A stretch of 64,000 nt of DNA from Mobula hypostoma (lineage: Eukaryota), in contig NC_086097.1 in assembly GCF_963921235.1 (NCBI RefSeq), positions 32,118,001 through 32,182,000 of the forward strand, in the 5' to 3' direction. Position numbers and translations under genes: made by a program. Below the pieces are notes generated by a model that saw only the letters and a program-made list of their open reading frames with translations, made no database searches and was not told the DNA's origin. This document shows, piece after piece, positions 11,590 through 24,014 of this stretch. Position 1 is the stretch's first letter. Each line of letters begins with the position of its first letter.

Positions 11590-12410
11590 CTTCATGCTGT
11601 TCTTCATGCCTTTACCATTTCCACCTATCACCTCCCAGCCTCTCACTCTGTCCCCACTCCCTGACCCTCCTACCCTCCCCCTTACCTATCACCTCCCAGC
11701 CTCCCACTCCGTCCCCACTCCCCCACCTGCCTACCCTCCCCCTGCCCCTGGCTTTTCCTATCATCCTCCAGCCATCCCCACTCCCCCAACCCACCCACCT
11801 TCCCCCCTTACCTATCACCTCCCAGCCTCTCACTTCATCCCCACTCCCCCACCCACCTACCCTCCCCTTCCCTTAGCTTTACCTATCATCCTCCAGCCAT
11901 CCCCACTCCCCCACCCACCCCCCCTTCCCCTGGCTTTACCTATCACCCTCCAGCCATCTCCACTCCCCCAACCCATCTACCCCACTTCCCCTGGCTTTAC
12001 CTATCACCTCCCAGCCTCTCACTCCATCCCCTCTCCCTCAACCCACCTAGCCCCCCTTCCCCTGGCTTTACCTATCACCTGTCACCTTGTACTCCTTCAC
12101 TACCACCTTATTCTGACCTCTTCCCCCTTCCTTTCAGTCCTGAGGAAGGGTCTCAGCCTGAAACATTGACTGTTCATAGCCGTAGCACTGTGTTCCCCTG
12201 GTGCCCCACGTAGATGCTGCCTGAACTGCTGAGCTCCTCGGAATTTTGGGTGTGTTACTCAGGATTTCCAGCATCTGCAGAATCTCCTTGAGTATGGAAG
12301 ACATATGGTGGATGAAGGCTTAGCCCAAAACGTCGACTGTACAGGCCCCTCTGAAGATGTTGCCTGACCTGCTGAGTTCCTCCAGCATTTTGTGTGTGTT
12401 AGTACACCAG
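11590..12410 (+). mobile_element. PLE 3' UTR and terminal-repeat remnants with an expanded C-rich tandem repeat; CpG-decayed hammerhead motif at 12135-12172
   Basis: Repeating ACCTATCACCTCCCAGCC units; CAGTC-CTGAGGA-AGGGTCTCAGCCT-GAAA-CATT-GACTG; two GATGCTGCCTGACCTGCTGAG-type blocks. Confidence 0.7.
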
Positions 12411-12912
12411 TATCCAGTACACATGACAGTTCTCAATGTTTTCACTAAAAGGTGATCGAGCTGCCAGATGAAATCACTGAGGTAGAGGTACATCAGCAAC
12501 ATTTAGAATTGGATCTCTTCATTATTGTCAAATGTGTCAAAGTACAGTGAAGAACTTGCCTTGCATAGCGTTCATACAGATTGTTTCATTACATTACAAT
12601 AGTGTGTTGAGGTGGTAGAAGGGAAAACAATATTAGAATGCAGAATAAAGTGTAACAGCTACAGACAAAGTGCAGTGCAGGCAGGCAATAAGGTGCAAGG
12701 TTATAACAAGGTAGATTGTGAGGTCAATAGTGCATCTTATCCTACTGGGGGCTGATCAATAGTCTTATAACAGTGGGATAGAAGCTGTTGTTGAGCCTGG
12801 TGCCATTTCTATCTTTAACCCGACGGGATGGGGTTGAGGTAACCGTGGAAGAGGGTGGTCCTGTGGAGATGGAGGGGAACGGGTGTGGGATGGAGGAGGG
12901 GCAGTGCCTGAC

Positions 12913-13117
12913 CTGTGTGCTCCGGAGTCGACCCTGCAGCCTCTCCGGGGTGCTCTCCTCCGCGGAGGTTGCTGCCAGCAGCCACCCGCACTGCTTCTCC
13001 AGCGCCTGGACCTTCTCCAGAGCGCGGCTGTGCGCCGAGCTGAACTGCTGCCACAGCACCAGGCAGGCGCCAGCCAACCTCAGCCGCTCCGACACGTCCT
13101 GGTTGATGCCAGTCCAC
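12913..13117 (-). CDS. SYNE2: Nesprin exon (WTGINQDVSE...RLRSTQ), 68 aa
   Basis: Acceptor ttgttccag, donor GTCAGG, phase 2/0 matching the previous exon. Confidence 0.9.
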
Positions 13118-13648
13118 CTGGAACAAGAGCCTGCCTCAGACACGGCCCGCCAGTGTGCTTGAGACATCCACTGTCTCCCCATCCATGGGTGCTGGAGTCT
13201 CCCACCCCTCCCATGGCTACTGGACTCACCCACAGCCGCCCATCCCACTCATGGGTACTGGAGCCACCCACAGACAACTTCCCTATCCACTGGGGCAAGA
13301 CTCAACCCGATCTGCCCACCCCACTCATGGGTGCCATCGAAGCACAGGCACTCTCCCCACCAATGTGCTAGAGCCTGTCCACCCATGGGTGCCGGATCCA
13401 GCTATACCCTCCCTCCTCCCTCCCCACACCAAGGTGCTGGACCCACAAGCCTTCCCAGAGGGTTGACCCTCACGGTGGGGGGGGGGAGGGGAGAACTGGC
13501 AACATGATCAGGAGATTTTGGTGTGGGTGGGGTGGAGGGGGATGATGACCCTGCCCAGGCCAGTGCCTGGGGCTAAGTTAGGTACCGGCCTGTGTATCGA
13601 AGGCAGTGGGGTGGGGTGGGGTAGCTGTGCTGACCGCCTGGCTCTTAC

Positions 13649-13782
13649 CTCCTCTCAGTGTCCCGGACCCTGTTCTCCAGCTGGACCTTCATCTTCGGGC
13701 AGCATTCCTCTTGCAGGCGTTGTGAAACCTCTAGGAACTTCCTCCAGCTCCCCTCCCCACCATCCATCATGTCCTGCAGAGC
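13649..13782 (-). CDS. SYNE2: Nesprin exon (ALQDMMDGGEGSW...RDTER), 44 aa plus split codon
   Basis: Acceptor ccccccag, donor GTAAGA, phase 0/2; resembles nesprin-2 SLQDEAESSEGSW (recalled). Confidence 0.9.
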
Positions 13783-13869
13783 CTGGGGGGGTCGGATAGA
13801 GGGGGAAATAAAAGATGACGGGGTGAGCACAGCAGGGACTACTGGAGGCAGCCTTCACCCCATCTCCCA

Positions 13870-14910
13870 GGGTCCCCAAACCACATTTGCAGCACAGTGG
13901 ACAACTTTGGGCCCTATCTCCAAGACGTATGTGCTGAGATTGGAGAGGGCCCAGAGGAGGTTCACGAGAATATTCCTGGAAATAAACGGGAGTTAGTGTA
14001 CAAGGAACATTTGATGGTTTTGGGTCTGTACTCACTGGAGTTTTGAAGAATGAAGGGGGTGAGTCTCATTGAAACCTACTGAATATTGAAAGGCATATAT
14101 TGAGTGGACATGGAGAGGATGTTTCCCATAGTGAGAAAGTCTTGGACTAGAGGACACAGCCTTAGAATAGAAGGACATCCCTTTAGAACAGAGAAGAAGA
14201 ATTTCTTTAGTTGGAGGGTAATGAATCTGTGGAACTTCACTGCCACAGCAGGAGGCCAGGTCACTGGGTATATTTAAAGCGCAGGTTGATAGATTCTTGA
14301 TTAGTAAAGGCTGATTTATACTTGTGCGTCAAATGTACGCCGTAGGTACTGCGTACCTTACGCCGTAGGGTGACGTGCACCTCCCCAAAAGTGTAACTCA
14401 CACGTCGCAGCGATGTAGACCGCAATAACTGTGATTGGTCCGCTTGGTAGCATTGCATTTCCTCATATGCATTTCTGGGTTGCTTTTCTCCGTCATGTCT
14501 GTACACTGATGTGAAATAAATGGTTGGAGACGATGGACCAAATCGTCAAATCTACCTGCCGACATCCAAAAATATTTGAAATGCATTTCCTCGTCCATGT
14601 CTCTCATGAAGAAACTCAACACAATGGCATAGAAACCCCACTGCCAACTAGCATTTTGGCGGTGAATTGTAGAGCGATGCAGGCACAACTACGCATGCGC
14701 GCTACGGCGTAGGGCTACGCAAAAGTATAAATCAGCCCTACGGCGTAGCCTGGACGCACAAGTATAAATCAGCCTTGAGGGTGTCAAAGTTACAGGGAGA
14801 AAACAAGAGAATGAGCTTGAGAGAGAAATTAAATCAGCCATAATGGAATGGTTGAGAACATTCAAAGGGCTGATTGGCTTAAAACTGCTCCTATGTCTTA
14901 CTGTCTTATA
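13870..14910 (+). mobile_element. CR1 3' fragment interrupted by a Harbinger-type MITE
   Basis: LERAQRRFTR peptide; 3' end matches other CR1 copies such as 57350-57965. Confidence 0.75.
14308..14775 (-). mobile_element. PIF/Harbinger-type non-autonomous element
   Basis: 23-bp TIRs AGGCTGATTTATACTTGTGCGTC; TAA/TGA flanks; internal remnant [23 protein letters not shown] resembling a Harbinger transposase N-terminus. Confidence 0.8.
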
Positions 14911-15888
14911 GCACAGCTCTTTCCTTTGTCGCACAAACTCCTGAATAGTGTGATCCCTCAGTCCCTAAGAATCACATTCCTCCCTTGTCTTCCCCCCCCC
15001 CCCCCCAACCCCTGGCTGGTGTGACAGAGTCAGAGATTCACACAGTACAGATGCAGGCTCTTCAGCCTAACTCATCTGTGCTGGCCAAGCTGCTACCAGT
15101 GTTCATCCCATGTGGCCCCTTTCCCTCTGAACCTCTCCTATTCACAGACCTGTCCAAATATAAATGCCCCCATCTCTATCACCTCCTTGTTCCACGATGA
15201 CATGAGGGTGGGTGGTGTTGTGGATAGTGTAGAAGGTTGTCGTAGGTTACAATGGGACACTGACAGGATGCAGAGCTGGGATGAGAAAAGGCTGAGAGAG
15301 TGTTCAGACCAGAAAAGTATGAAGTGATACACTTTGGAAGGTCGAATTTGAAGGCAGATCACGGGGTTAATGGCAGGATTCCTAGCAGTGTGGAAAAACA
15401 GAGGAATCGTAGTGTCCATGTCCATAGATCCTGCAAGATTGTCGCACGTTGATAGGTTTGTTAAGAAGATGTATGCTGTGTTGGCCTTCATGCATCGGGG
15501 ACTGAGTTCAGGAGCCGCGGGGTAGTGTTGTGGCTTCTGTAGAATCCCTGCTTAGACCAGAGCACTGGGCTCATTTCTGGTCACCTCCTTATAGAAAGGA
15601 GGTGGAAGCTTTGGAGAAGGTGCACATGAGATTTGCCAGGATGCTGCCTGGATTAGCGAGCATGTCTTAAGGCAGTGGTCCAAAACCTATTTTGCACCGC
15701 GGACCGACCAACTGGGGGAGGTGGGGGTGTTAATCACGACCGGAATATAGGTGATACATCAACTGTAAGTCACTTATAAGTGGCTACTACACTCAATTTC
15801 ATTTCTAAAGGGGTTTATCTAACAAATTTAATATTAAACACACAGCGCATATTTTCGTCGCATGAGTATAGTGATAAGTCAATTATAA

Positions 15889-16152
15889 CAGTGGTCCCAA
15901 ACCTCCGGGCCGCGGGCCGATACATTGCCGCAAAGAATAGAGCGGTACAGCGGTGGCCGAAACGCACCCAGCACACCTTTAAGAAAAAAGCCGAAATTTG
16001 CATCGTCTCTGATCTGGGCCGATATTTACATGCCGGGCAGCACCTAATCTATTAGCTTGTTTATTTGGCTTTTTTCTTAAAGATGTGCTGGGTGCGTTCC
16101 AGCCACCGCTGCACCACTGCATTCTTCACGGCCCGGAGGTTGGGGACCACTG
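15889..16152. mobile_element. 264-bp palindromic hAT MITE
   Basis: Long inverted arms beginning CAGTGGTCCC; perfect 8-bp TSD AATTATAA. Confidence 0.9.
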
Positions 16153-16438
16153 AATTATAAGCCACTTTTAAGTCAATAGCATCATAACATTTTAAGTAAC
16201 GTTTGGATATTAAACACACAGCACATATTTTCCCCGTATGAACATATAAAATCATTGCAACACGCCAATATCACTGAATCAGTGGGAGCCCTGGGCTTGT
16301 TTCCCTGCAACAAGACGGTCCCATCGAGGGGTGATGGGAGACAGCGATACTCGAAGGTGGTTCCTTATAGAACCATAGAAACTACAGCACAGAAACAGGC
16401 CCTTTGGCCCTTCTTGGCTGTGCCGAACCATTTTCTGC

Positions 16439-19400
16439 CTAGTCCCACTGACCTGCACACGGACCATATCCCTCCATACACCTCCCATCCATGTATCTGT
16501 CCAATTTATTCTTAAACGTTAAAAAAGAACCCGCATTTACCACCTCATCTGGCAGCTCATTCCATACTCCCACCACTCTCTGTGTGAAGAAGCCCCCCCT
16601 AATGTTCCCTTTAAACTTTTCCCCCCTCACCCTTAACCCATGTCCTCTGGTTTTTTTCTCCCATTGCCTCAGTGGAAAAAGCCTGCTTGCATTCACTCTA
16701 TCTATACCCATCATAATTTTATATACCTCTATCAAATCTCCCCTCATTCTTCTACGCTCCAGGGAATAAAGTCCTAACCTATTCAACCTTTCTCTGTAAC
16801 TGAGTTTCTCAAGTCCCAGCAACATCCTTGTAAACCTTCTCTGCACTCTTTCAACCTTACTTATATCCTTCCTGTAATTTGGTGACCAAAACTGAACACA
16901 ATACTCCAGATTCGGCCTCACCAATGCCTTATACAACCTCATCATAACATTCCAGCTCTTACACACAATACTTCGATTAATAAAGGCCAATGTACCAAAA
17001 GCTCTCTTTACGACCCTATCTACCTGTGACGCCACTCTTAGGGAATTTTGTATCTGTATTCCCAGATCCCTCTGTTCCACTGCACTTCTCAGCGCCTTAC
17101 CATTAACCCTGTATGTTCTACGTTGGTTTGTTCTTCCGACGTGCAATACCTCACACTTGTCAGTATTAAACTCCATCTGCCATTTTTCAGCCCATTTTTC
17201 CAGCTGGTCCAAGTCCCTCTGCAGGCTCTGAAAACCTTCCTCACTGTCTACTACACCTCCAATCTTTGTATCATCAGCAAACTTGCTGATCCAATTTACC
17301 ACATTATCATCCAGATCATTGATATAGATGACAAATAACAATGGACCCAGCACTGATCCCTGTGGCACACCACTAGTCACAGGCCTCCACTCAGAGAAGC
17401 AATTCTCTACCACCACTCTCTGGCTTCTTCCATCGAGCCAATGTCTAATCCAATTTACCACCTCTCCATGTATACCTAGCGACTGAATTTTCCTAACTAA
17501 CCTCCCATGCGGGACCTTGTCAAAGGCCTTACTGAAGTCCATGTAGACAATATCCACTGCCTTCCCTTCATCCACTTTCCTGGTAACCTCCTCGAAAAAC
17601 TCCAACAGATTGGTCAAACATGACCTACCACACACAAAGCCACGTTGACTCTCCCTAATAAGCCCCTGTCTATCCAAATGCTTGTAGATTCTGTCTCTTA
17701 GTACTCCCTCCAATAACTTAGCTACTAATGACGTTAAACTCACCGGCCTATAATTTCCCGGATTACTTTTCGATCCTTTTTTAAACAACGGAACAACATG
17801 AGCCACTCTCCAATCCTCTGGCACTTCACCCGTAGACAGCGACATTTTAAATATTGCTGCCAGGGCCCCTGCAATTTCAACACTAGTCTCCTTCAAGGTC
17901 CGAGGGAATACCCTGTCAGGTCCCGGGGATTTATCTACTTTAATTTTCCTCAAGACAGCAAGCACCTCCTCCTTTTCAATCTGTACAGTTTCCATGGTCT
18001 CACTACTTGATTCCCTCAATTCCATAGATTTCATGCCAGCTTCCTTAGTAAATACAGACGCAAAAAACCTATTTAAGATCTCCCTCATTTCCTTTGGCTC
18101 CGCACTAAGCTGACCACTCTGATCTTCAAGAGGACCAATTTTATCCCTTACAATCCTTTTGCTCTTAATATACTTGTAAAAGCTCTTTGGATTATCCTTC
18201 ACTTTGACTGCCAAGGCAACCTCATGTCTTCTTTTAGCCCTCCTGATTTCTTTCTTAAGTATTTTCTTGCACTTCTTATACTTCTCAAGCACCTGATTTA
18301 CCCCCTGTTTCCTATACATTTCATACAACTCCCTCTTCTTCTTTATCAGAGTTGCAATATCCCTTGAGAACCAAGGTTCCTTATTCCTATTCAATTTGCC
18401 TTTAATCCTGACAGGAACATACAAACTCTGCACTCTCAGAATTTCCCCTTTGAAGGCTTCCCACCTACCAATCACATCTTTGCCAGAGAACAACCTGTCC
18501 CAGTCCACGCTTTTTAGATCCTTTCTCATTTCTTCAAATTTGGCCTTCTTCCAGTTCAGAACCTCAACCCTAGGATCAGATCTATCCTTGTCCATGATCA
18601 AATTGAAACTAATGGTGTTATGATCACTGGAACCAAAGTGCTCCCCTACACAGACTTCTGTCACTTGCCCTAATTCGTTTCCTAACAGGAGATCCAATAT
18701 TGCATCCCCTCTAGTTGGTCCCTCTATATATTGATTTAGAAAACTTTCCTGAACACATTTTACAAACTCTAAACCATCTAGACCCCTAACAGTATAGGAG
18801 ACCCAATCAATGTATGGAAAATTAAAATCCCCTACCACCACAACTTTATGTTTCCTGCAGTTGCCTGCTATCTCTCTGCAGATTTGCTTTTCCAAGTCTC
18901 GTTGACTATTGGGTGGTCTGTAATACAATCCCACTAATGTGGCCATACCTTTCCTGTTTCTCAGCTCCACCCATAAGGACTCAGTAGACAAGCCCTCTAA
19001 TCTGTCCTGCCTGAGCACCGCTGTAATATTTTCCCTAACAAGCAATGCTACTCCCCCACCTTTCATTCCTCTGCCTCGATCACATCGGAACCCTGGAATA
19101 TTAAGCTGCCAGTCCTGCCCCTCCTGTAGCCAAGTTTCACTAATTTCTACAACATCATAATTCCACGTGTCAATCCACGCCCTCAACTCATCCGCCTTCC
19201 CCGCAATACTCCTAGCATTGAAATATATACACCTCAGAAGATTTTTACCACCACTCACAACCTTTCTATCAGAGGATTTGCTTAAACTTTCAATATCATT
19301 TATTTTCACCCCAGCCACACTGTCAGCTCTGGCACTCTGGTTCCCATCCCCCTGCAAATCTAGTTTAGAGCCTCCCCAATAGCAATAACAAACCTCCCTG

Positions 19401-19480
19401 AAAGGATATTGGTCCCCCTGTGGTTCAAGTGTAACCCGTCTCTCTTGTACAGGTTCCACCTGCCCCAGAAGAGGTCCCAA
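16439..19480 (-). CDS. CR1 ORF2: AP endonuclease plus reverse transcriptase, uninterrupted
   Basis: 1013-aa ORF with YFNARS, SETW, YRPPN, GDFN, SDH (endonuclease) and NYRPVSLTS, DFSKAFD, GVPQGSVLGP, FADD (RT); true start codon uncertain. Confidence 0.93.
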   Translation of the reverse strand: MGPLLGQVEPVQERRVTLEPQGDQYPFREVCYCYWGGSKLDLQGDGNQSARADSVAGVKINDIESLSKSSDRKVVSGGKNLLRCIYFNARSIAGKADELRAWIDTWNYDVVEISETWLQEGQDWQLNIPGFRCDRGRGMKGGGVALLVRENITAVLRQDRLEGLSTESLWVELRNRKGMATLVGLYYRPPNSQRDLEKQICREIAGNCRKHKVVVVGDFNFPYIDWVSYTVRGLDGLEFVKCVQESFLNQYIEGPTRGDAILDLLLGNELGQVTEVCVGEHFGSSDHNTISFNLIMDKDRSDPRVEVLNWKKAKFEEMRKDLKSVDWDRLFSGKDVIGRWEAFKGEILRVQSLYVPVRIKGKLNRNKEPWFSRDIATLIKKKRELYEMYRKQGVNQVLEKYKKCKKILKKEIRRAKRRHEVALAVKVKDNPKSFYKYIKSKRIVRDKIGPLEDQSGQLSAEPKEMREILNRFFASVFTKEAGMKSMELRESSSETMETVQIEKEEVLAVLRKIKVDKSPGPDRVFPRTLKETSVEIAGALAAIFKMSLSTGEVPEDWRVAHVVPLFKKGSKSNPGNYRPVSLTSLVAKLLEGVLRDRIYKHLDRQGLIRESQRGFVCGRSCLTNLLEFFEEVTRKVDEGKAVDIVYMDFSKAFDKVPHGRLVRKIQSLGIHGEVVNWIRHWLDGRSQRVVVENCFSEWRPVTSGVPQGSVLGPLLFVIYINDLDDNVVNWISKFADDTKIGGVVDSEEGFQSLQRDLDQLEKWAEKWQMEFNTDKCEVLHVGRTNQRRTYRVNGKALRSAVEQRDLGIQIQNSLRVASQVDRVVKRAFGTLAFINRSIVCKSWNVMMRLYKALVRPNLEYCVQFWSPNYRKDISKVERVQRRFTRMLLGLEKLSYRERLNRLGLYSLERRRMRGDLIEVYKIMMGIDRVNASRLFPLRQWEKKTRGHGLRVRGEKFKGNIRGGFFTQRVVGVWNELPDEVVNAGSFLTFKNKLDRYMDGRCMEGYGPCAGQWD

Positions 19481-20321
19481 TGATCCTGAAATCTGAAACC
19501 CTGCCCCCTACACCAGTTCCTCAGCCACTTGTTCTTCCTCCAGAGCATCCTATTCCTACCCTCACTGGCACCTAGCACAGGTAGCAATCCTGAGATTACC
19601 ACCCTTGAGGTCCTGCTTTTCAACTTCCTACCAAGCTCTCTATACTCACTGTCCAGGTTCTCTTCACTCTTCCTTGCTATGTCATTGGTACCAATGTGCA
19701 CCACGACATCTGGCTGGTCACGCTCCCACTTCAGAATGTCATGCAATCGATCAGAGACATCCTTGACCCTGGCACCTGGGAGGCAACAAACCATTCTGGA
19801 TTCTCTGTCATGACCACAGAACCTTCTATCTGCACCTCTAACTATCGAGTCCCCTATCACTACCGCTCTCCTCTTTTCCCCCCTGCCTTCTGCACCGCAG
19901 AGCCAGACTCAGTGCCAGAGATCCAGCTACTGCAGCTAGTCCCAGGTAAGTCATCCCCCGCAACAGTATCCAATGCGGTATACTTGTTGTTGAGGGGAAT
20001 GGCCACAGGGGAACCCTGCTCTGCCTACCCTTTCCCCTTCCCTCGCCTGACAGTGACCCAATTTCCTGTCCTCTGCTCCTTTGGCGTAACTACCTCCCTG
20101 TAGCTACGATCTATAATCTCCTCATTCTCCCGAATGATCCGCAGGTCATCCAGCTCCTGCTCCAGTCCCCTAACGCGGTTTGTCAGGAGCTGCAGCTGGA
20201 TGCATTTCTTGCAGGTGTCGTTGTCAGGGACACCGGAGGGCTCCCTGACTTCCCACATCCTGCAAGAGGAGCATTCCAACATCCTGCCTGGCATTCTCTC
20301 TACGCTAGACAATCTGAACAA
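19360..20321 (-). pseudogene. CR1 ORF1 (zinc finger, leucine zipper, SGNH esterase), disrupted
   Basis: CSSC...CKKC plus heptad segment (20025-20321) and GDSIVRG, GAR, HIGTND, DGLHLN (19360-19860); one TAG at 20025-20027 and one frameshift near 19870. Confidence 0.85.
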
Positions 20322-20401
20322 AAAAACTTACCAGAACCTACCCTGGCCTCTGCCTGTTCTCGCTGAAGCCTGTTGAGCCAAAACCGTCCCACTCTGACTC
20401 A

Positions 20402-20647
<246 letters not shown>

Positions 20648-21786
20648 TCAGAATGTCAGCAGAGGTGTTATGTCAAACATACTTTTCAGCCCGCCGTCAT
20701 TTGCAAGCTCAAGCAGTTGATCTTCTTCCCATGCTGACATGGAAGGTTCACCGGAAACATTCACAAATGGGTCACGGACCCATTCATTGCACATCTTGGG
20801 TCACTGATGACCTCGTGTGCGTTAAAGTTCAACATTGGGCATGACAGGGAATGAGGAAAGGTGAAGCTGACTCATATCGTTTCATATTGCCAAATCATAT
20901 TGTTTCCTCGCAGCCCGCGGCCCGGTGGTTGGGGACCACTGTCTTAAGGGGATAGATTGAGTGAGCTAGGACAGAGGTGTACAAGATGATGAGGCATGGA
21001 TAGAGTGGAGAAATAGAGACTTTTCCCCAGGGTGGAAATGGTGAATATGAGAGGGCATGATTTTACAGTGATTGCAGGAAAGTATAAGGGGGATGAGAGA
21101 GGTAGGTTTTTTACAGAACGTGGTGAGCGCACTGCCAGGGATGGTGGTAGAGGCAGGTACATTAAAGACGTTTAAAGAACTCTTCGATAGGCTCATGGAT
21201 GAGGAGGAGGAGGATTGTGAGGGAGGGAAGGGTTAGATTGCTTTATAATGTCACTTCTGTACAGCCACCTCAGCCTTTTCACTCCAGGGTTCCGGTCCCA
21301 GCCTGTCCAGCCTTTCTGGAGAACTCTAGCCCTCCAGTCCTGGTAACTCCCTCTGGATGCTGACAATCTCACTCCAGGGGACAGGAAAGAACCCACAGTC
21401 CTGCAGCGTGTAATTTGACCTTCACCAAGGGAATCTTCCCCTCCACTCCGAGGAGACCCACCTTGACTTTCTCCCAACTCTCCACAGACCAGATCCGACA
21501 CTGTTAATGATAATAAACTTGATTCAGAATCTATCCCTCTACCTAACTTGGTTTAAGTTTGATAATTAGCATGAGCAGATGGGGCAGAATGGCCTGTTCC
21601 ATTTCGTTGTGACTCTATAACACTACAGTCTTTTTGCACAACATACCTTTTGGCCCATCTAGTCCATGGCAGCCTATACAGAAGAGAAACATGAGGGAAC
21701 GGAATGGGTGGGAGCTTGCACTCAACGGGCTGAATGGACTGCAATCTCCCTACAGGCAGGTAGCTCTGCAGTCGGGGCGGACTGAC

Positions 21787-21957
21787 CTGTAGCTTGTTCA
21801 CCACAATCCGGGCCGTCTCCAGGGAAGGGCGGAGTGATGTCCAGTGCTCCAGGGTGTATCTTACTGAGATAATGTTCACGTTCACCTGCTTGTAGGTATC
21901 CTCATAGGCCGTCCAGAGCTGGCGTCGAGAGGCCAGGACGGATTCCACTTGGTTCAC
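21787..21957 (-). CDS. SYNE2: Nesprin exon (VNQVESVLAS...VNKLQ), 57 aa
   Basis: Acceptor cccggcag after a 100-nt intron, donor GTCAGT, 171 nt. Confidence 0.88.
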
Positions 21958-22057
21958 CTGCCGGGCACCAGAAGGGAAAAGTTAGGGCCGGTCCATCAGC
22001 CTGTTCGTCTGTGAAGGTGCACCACAGGGAGACCCAGCCCAACACCGGGACTCCTAC

Positions 22058-22213
22058 CTCAACAGCCAGGCTCTGAAACTCGGCCTGCAGTTGGTCCAGT
22101 GTTGCCACACTCTCCACCTGTGTCTCCAGAGACACCTGTCTCGTCTCTCGATCCAACGTCTCCCTCAGCTGCTGAAACTCCATCTCCTTCACCTTCAGCT
22201 GCTCGCACAGTTT
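22058..22213 (-). CDS. SYNE2: Nesprin exon (KLCEQLKVKE...QSLAVE), 52 aa
   Basis: Acceptor tcccttag, donor GTAGGA, 156 nt. Confidence 0.85.
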
Positions 22214-22334
22214 CTAAGGGAGGAAGCACACCGATCAATCGCGAGGGTCGTAATCCCACAGGTCACCGGCTGTTCCCACACAGAGCACAGCACCTGCGGC
22301 CTCAGCCTGTAACCCACTGCAGGGAGCGGGTTTT

Positions 22335-22615
22335 AATTTAGAGACACAGTGCAGAACGGGCTCTTCCGGCCCAAAGAGCCACACTGTCCAGCAACTCACT
22401 GATCGAACCCTAGACGAAGGGCAATTTGCAACAATCAATTAACCTACTAACCGGTGTGCCTTTGGAATGTGGGAGGAAACCGGAGCATCCGGAGGAAACT
22501 CACGCGCACACAGGAAGGAATATTCAAACTTCTTTACAGAGGACGCCGGAATTGCACCGAACTCCGACAGCCCGAGTTGTAATAACATCGCGCTAACAAT
22601 TACATTACTGTGGTG
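22335..22615 (-). mobile_element. V-SINE-type element with CR1-like tail
   Basis: V-domain-like TTTCCTCCGGATGCTCCGGTTTCCTCCCACA on the minus strand. Confidence 0.65.
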
Positions 22616-23179
22616 ATTGTTCCACATATAAAATCCTACATCCCTGTGCTAGATCCCAGTCTGTAACCCACTTACAGGGATTTGTTATCCTACATATAAA
22701 CACCTACATCCCTGGATTAGATTCCAGCCTGTGACTCACTCCTGGGGATCTGTTCTTCCATTGGATTCCAGCCTGTCTCTATAAAACTCCCTCAACTGCG
22801 GTCCAGTTTGTACTGCTGCAGCCACAAGAATATTGGTATCGATGGCTTTGCCCTTTGACAGCAGTGATTTACCCTCAGTCCTGCCTCCCCACCTCGCTGT
22901 CTCAATGCCCAGTAGCAGCTGATGGGACACGATCAGAAATGGGGAAATGGGGAGACCTGACACTATGGCTCACAATATTTTTTTTTGCTTTCTTTTCTCA
23001 CTACTTAATTATTTAATATATATTTCTTATTGTAACTTACATTTTAAAAATTATGTATTGCAATGTAAATCAACAAATTTCATGACCTATGCCTGTGATA
23101 TTAAACCCAATTCTCAGGGGTTCCTCTGCCTCTGAAGGGATAATAGCTGACCGGGAATTCTTGGTACGTCACTAAAACC

Positions 23180-23610
23180 TCGCGCAAATTTCTACCGATC
23201 GGCAGTGGAGGGCATTCTAATGGGTTACATCACCGGCTGCTATGGAGGCTCCAACGAGCAGGATGGAAAAAGCTACAGAGGGTTGTAAACTCAGACAGCT
23301 CCATCACGGGCACAACCCTCCCCACATCGAGGACATCTTCGAGAGGCGGTGCTCTTTAAAAATCTTCACCATGCAGGACATGCTTCAAGGAGGTGACACA
23401 GGAGTCTGAACACACATGCTCAATATTTTAGTATCAGCTTCTTCGCCATATTTCTGAATGGTCCATGAACCCATAAACACTACCTCATCATTCCTCTTTT
23501 GCAGTATTTATTTACCTTGTAATTTATAGTGATTTTTTTTATGCCTTTGCACTCTACAGCTGCCGCAAACAACGAACCACTCATCATTTAGGACAGAGGT
23601 AATAAACTTC
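23180..23610 (+). mobile_element. Decayed Rex1-type LINE 3' fragment
   Basis: Homologous to the Rex1 C-terminus and 3' UTR at 24040-24750. Confidence 0.6.
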
Positions 23611-23748
23611 TGACTGAACCAAGGAACTGGAGGAGTTGTCTGGGGAGATCTGCCTTTTAGGGCAAAGTTAGGTGGGTAGGTGACAGAGTTGGATAAGGCT
23701 GGGTGCTGACTGCTTGTAGGGGAAGGACGTGAGGGGAGGGGAGCTTAC

Positions 23749-23904
23749 CTGGCAGTCTGTCAGCGAGCCCAAGAGGGAGGTGTAGCTGCTGGCCTCTCGA
23801 ATGTGCTCCAGGCGCTTTGCCTGAGTCCCCAGCCAGCTCACCAACACCTGCACACTGTGCTCGTGGTCAGTCCAGGTCTCCAACGCTAGGTCTAGTTTTT
23901 GCAC
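23749..23904 (-). CDS. SYNE2: Nesprin exon (VQKLDLALET...LTDCQ), 52 aa
   Basis: Acceptor catcacag, donor GTAAGC, 156 nt. Confidence 0.9.
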
Positions 23905-24014
23905 CTGTGATGAGAGTGAGACAGAGAGACAGAGCAGTAAGTCATAGCAGCGCAGTCGGACACAAGACAGTGACCGGCTATGGTCACAACCTCTGCATCA
24001 CCATCCCTTCATTA

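Noticed and set aside
11565..12169. Proline-rich ORFs
   Set aside because: Translation of a C-rich tandem expansion in a PLE UTR.
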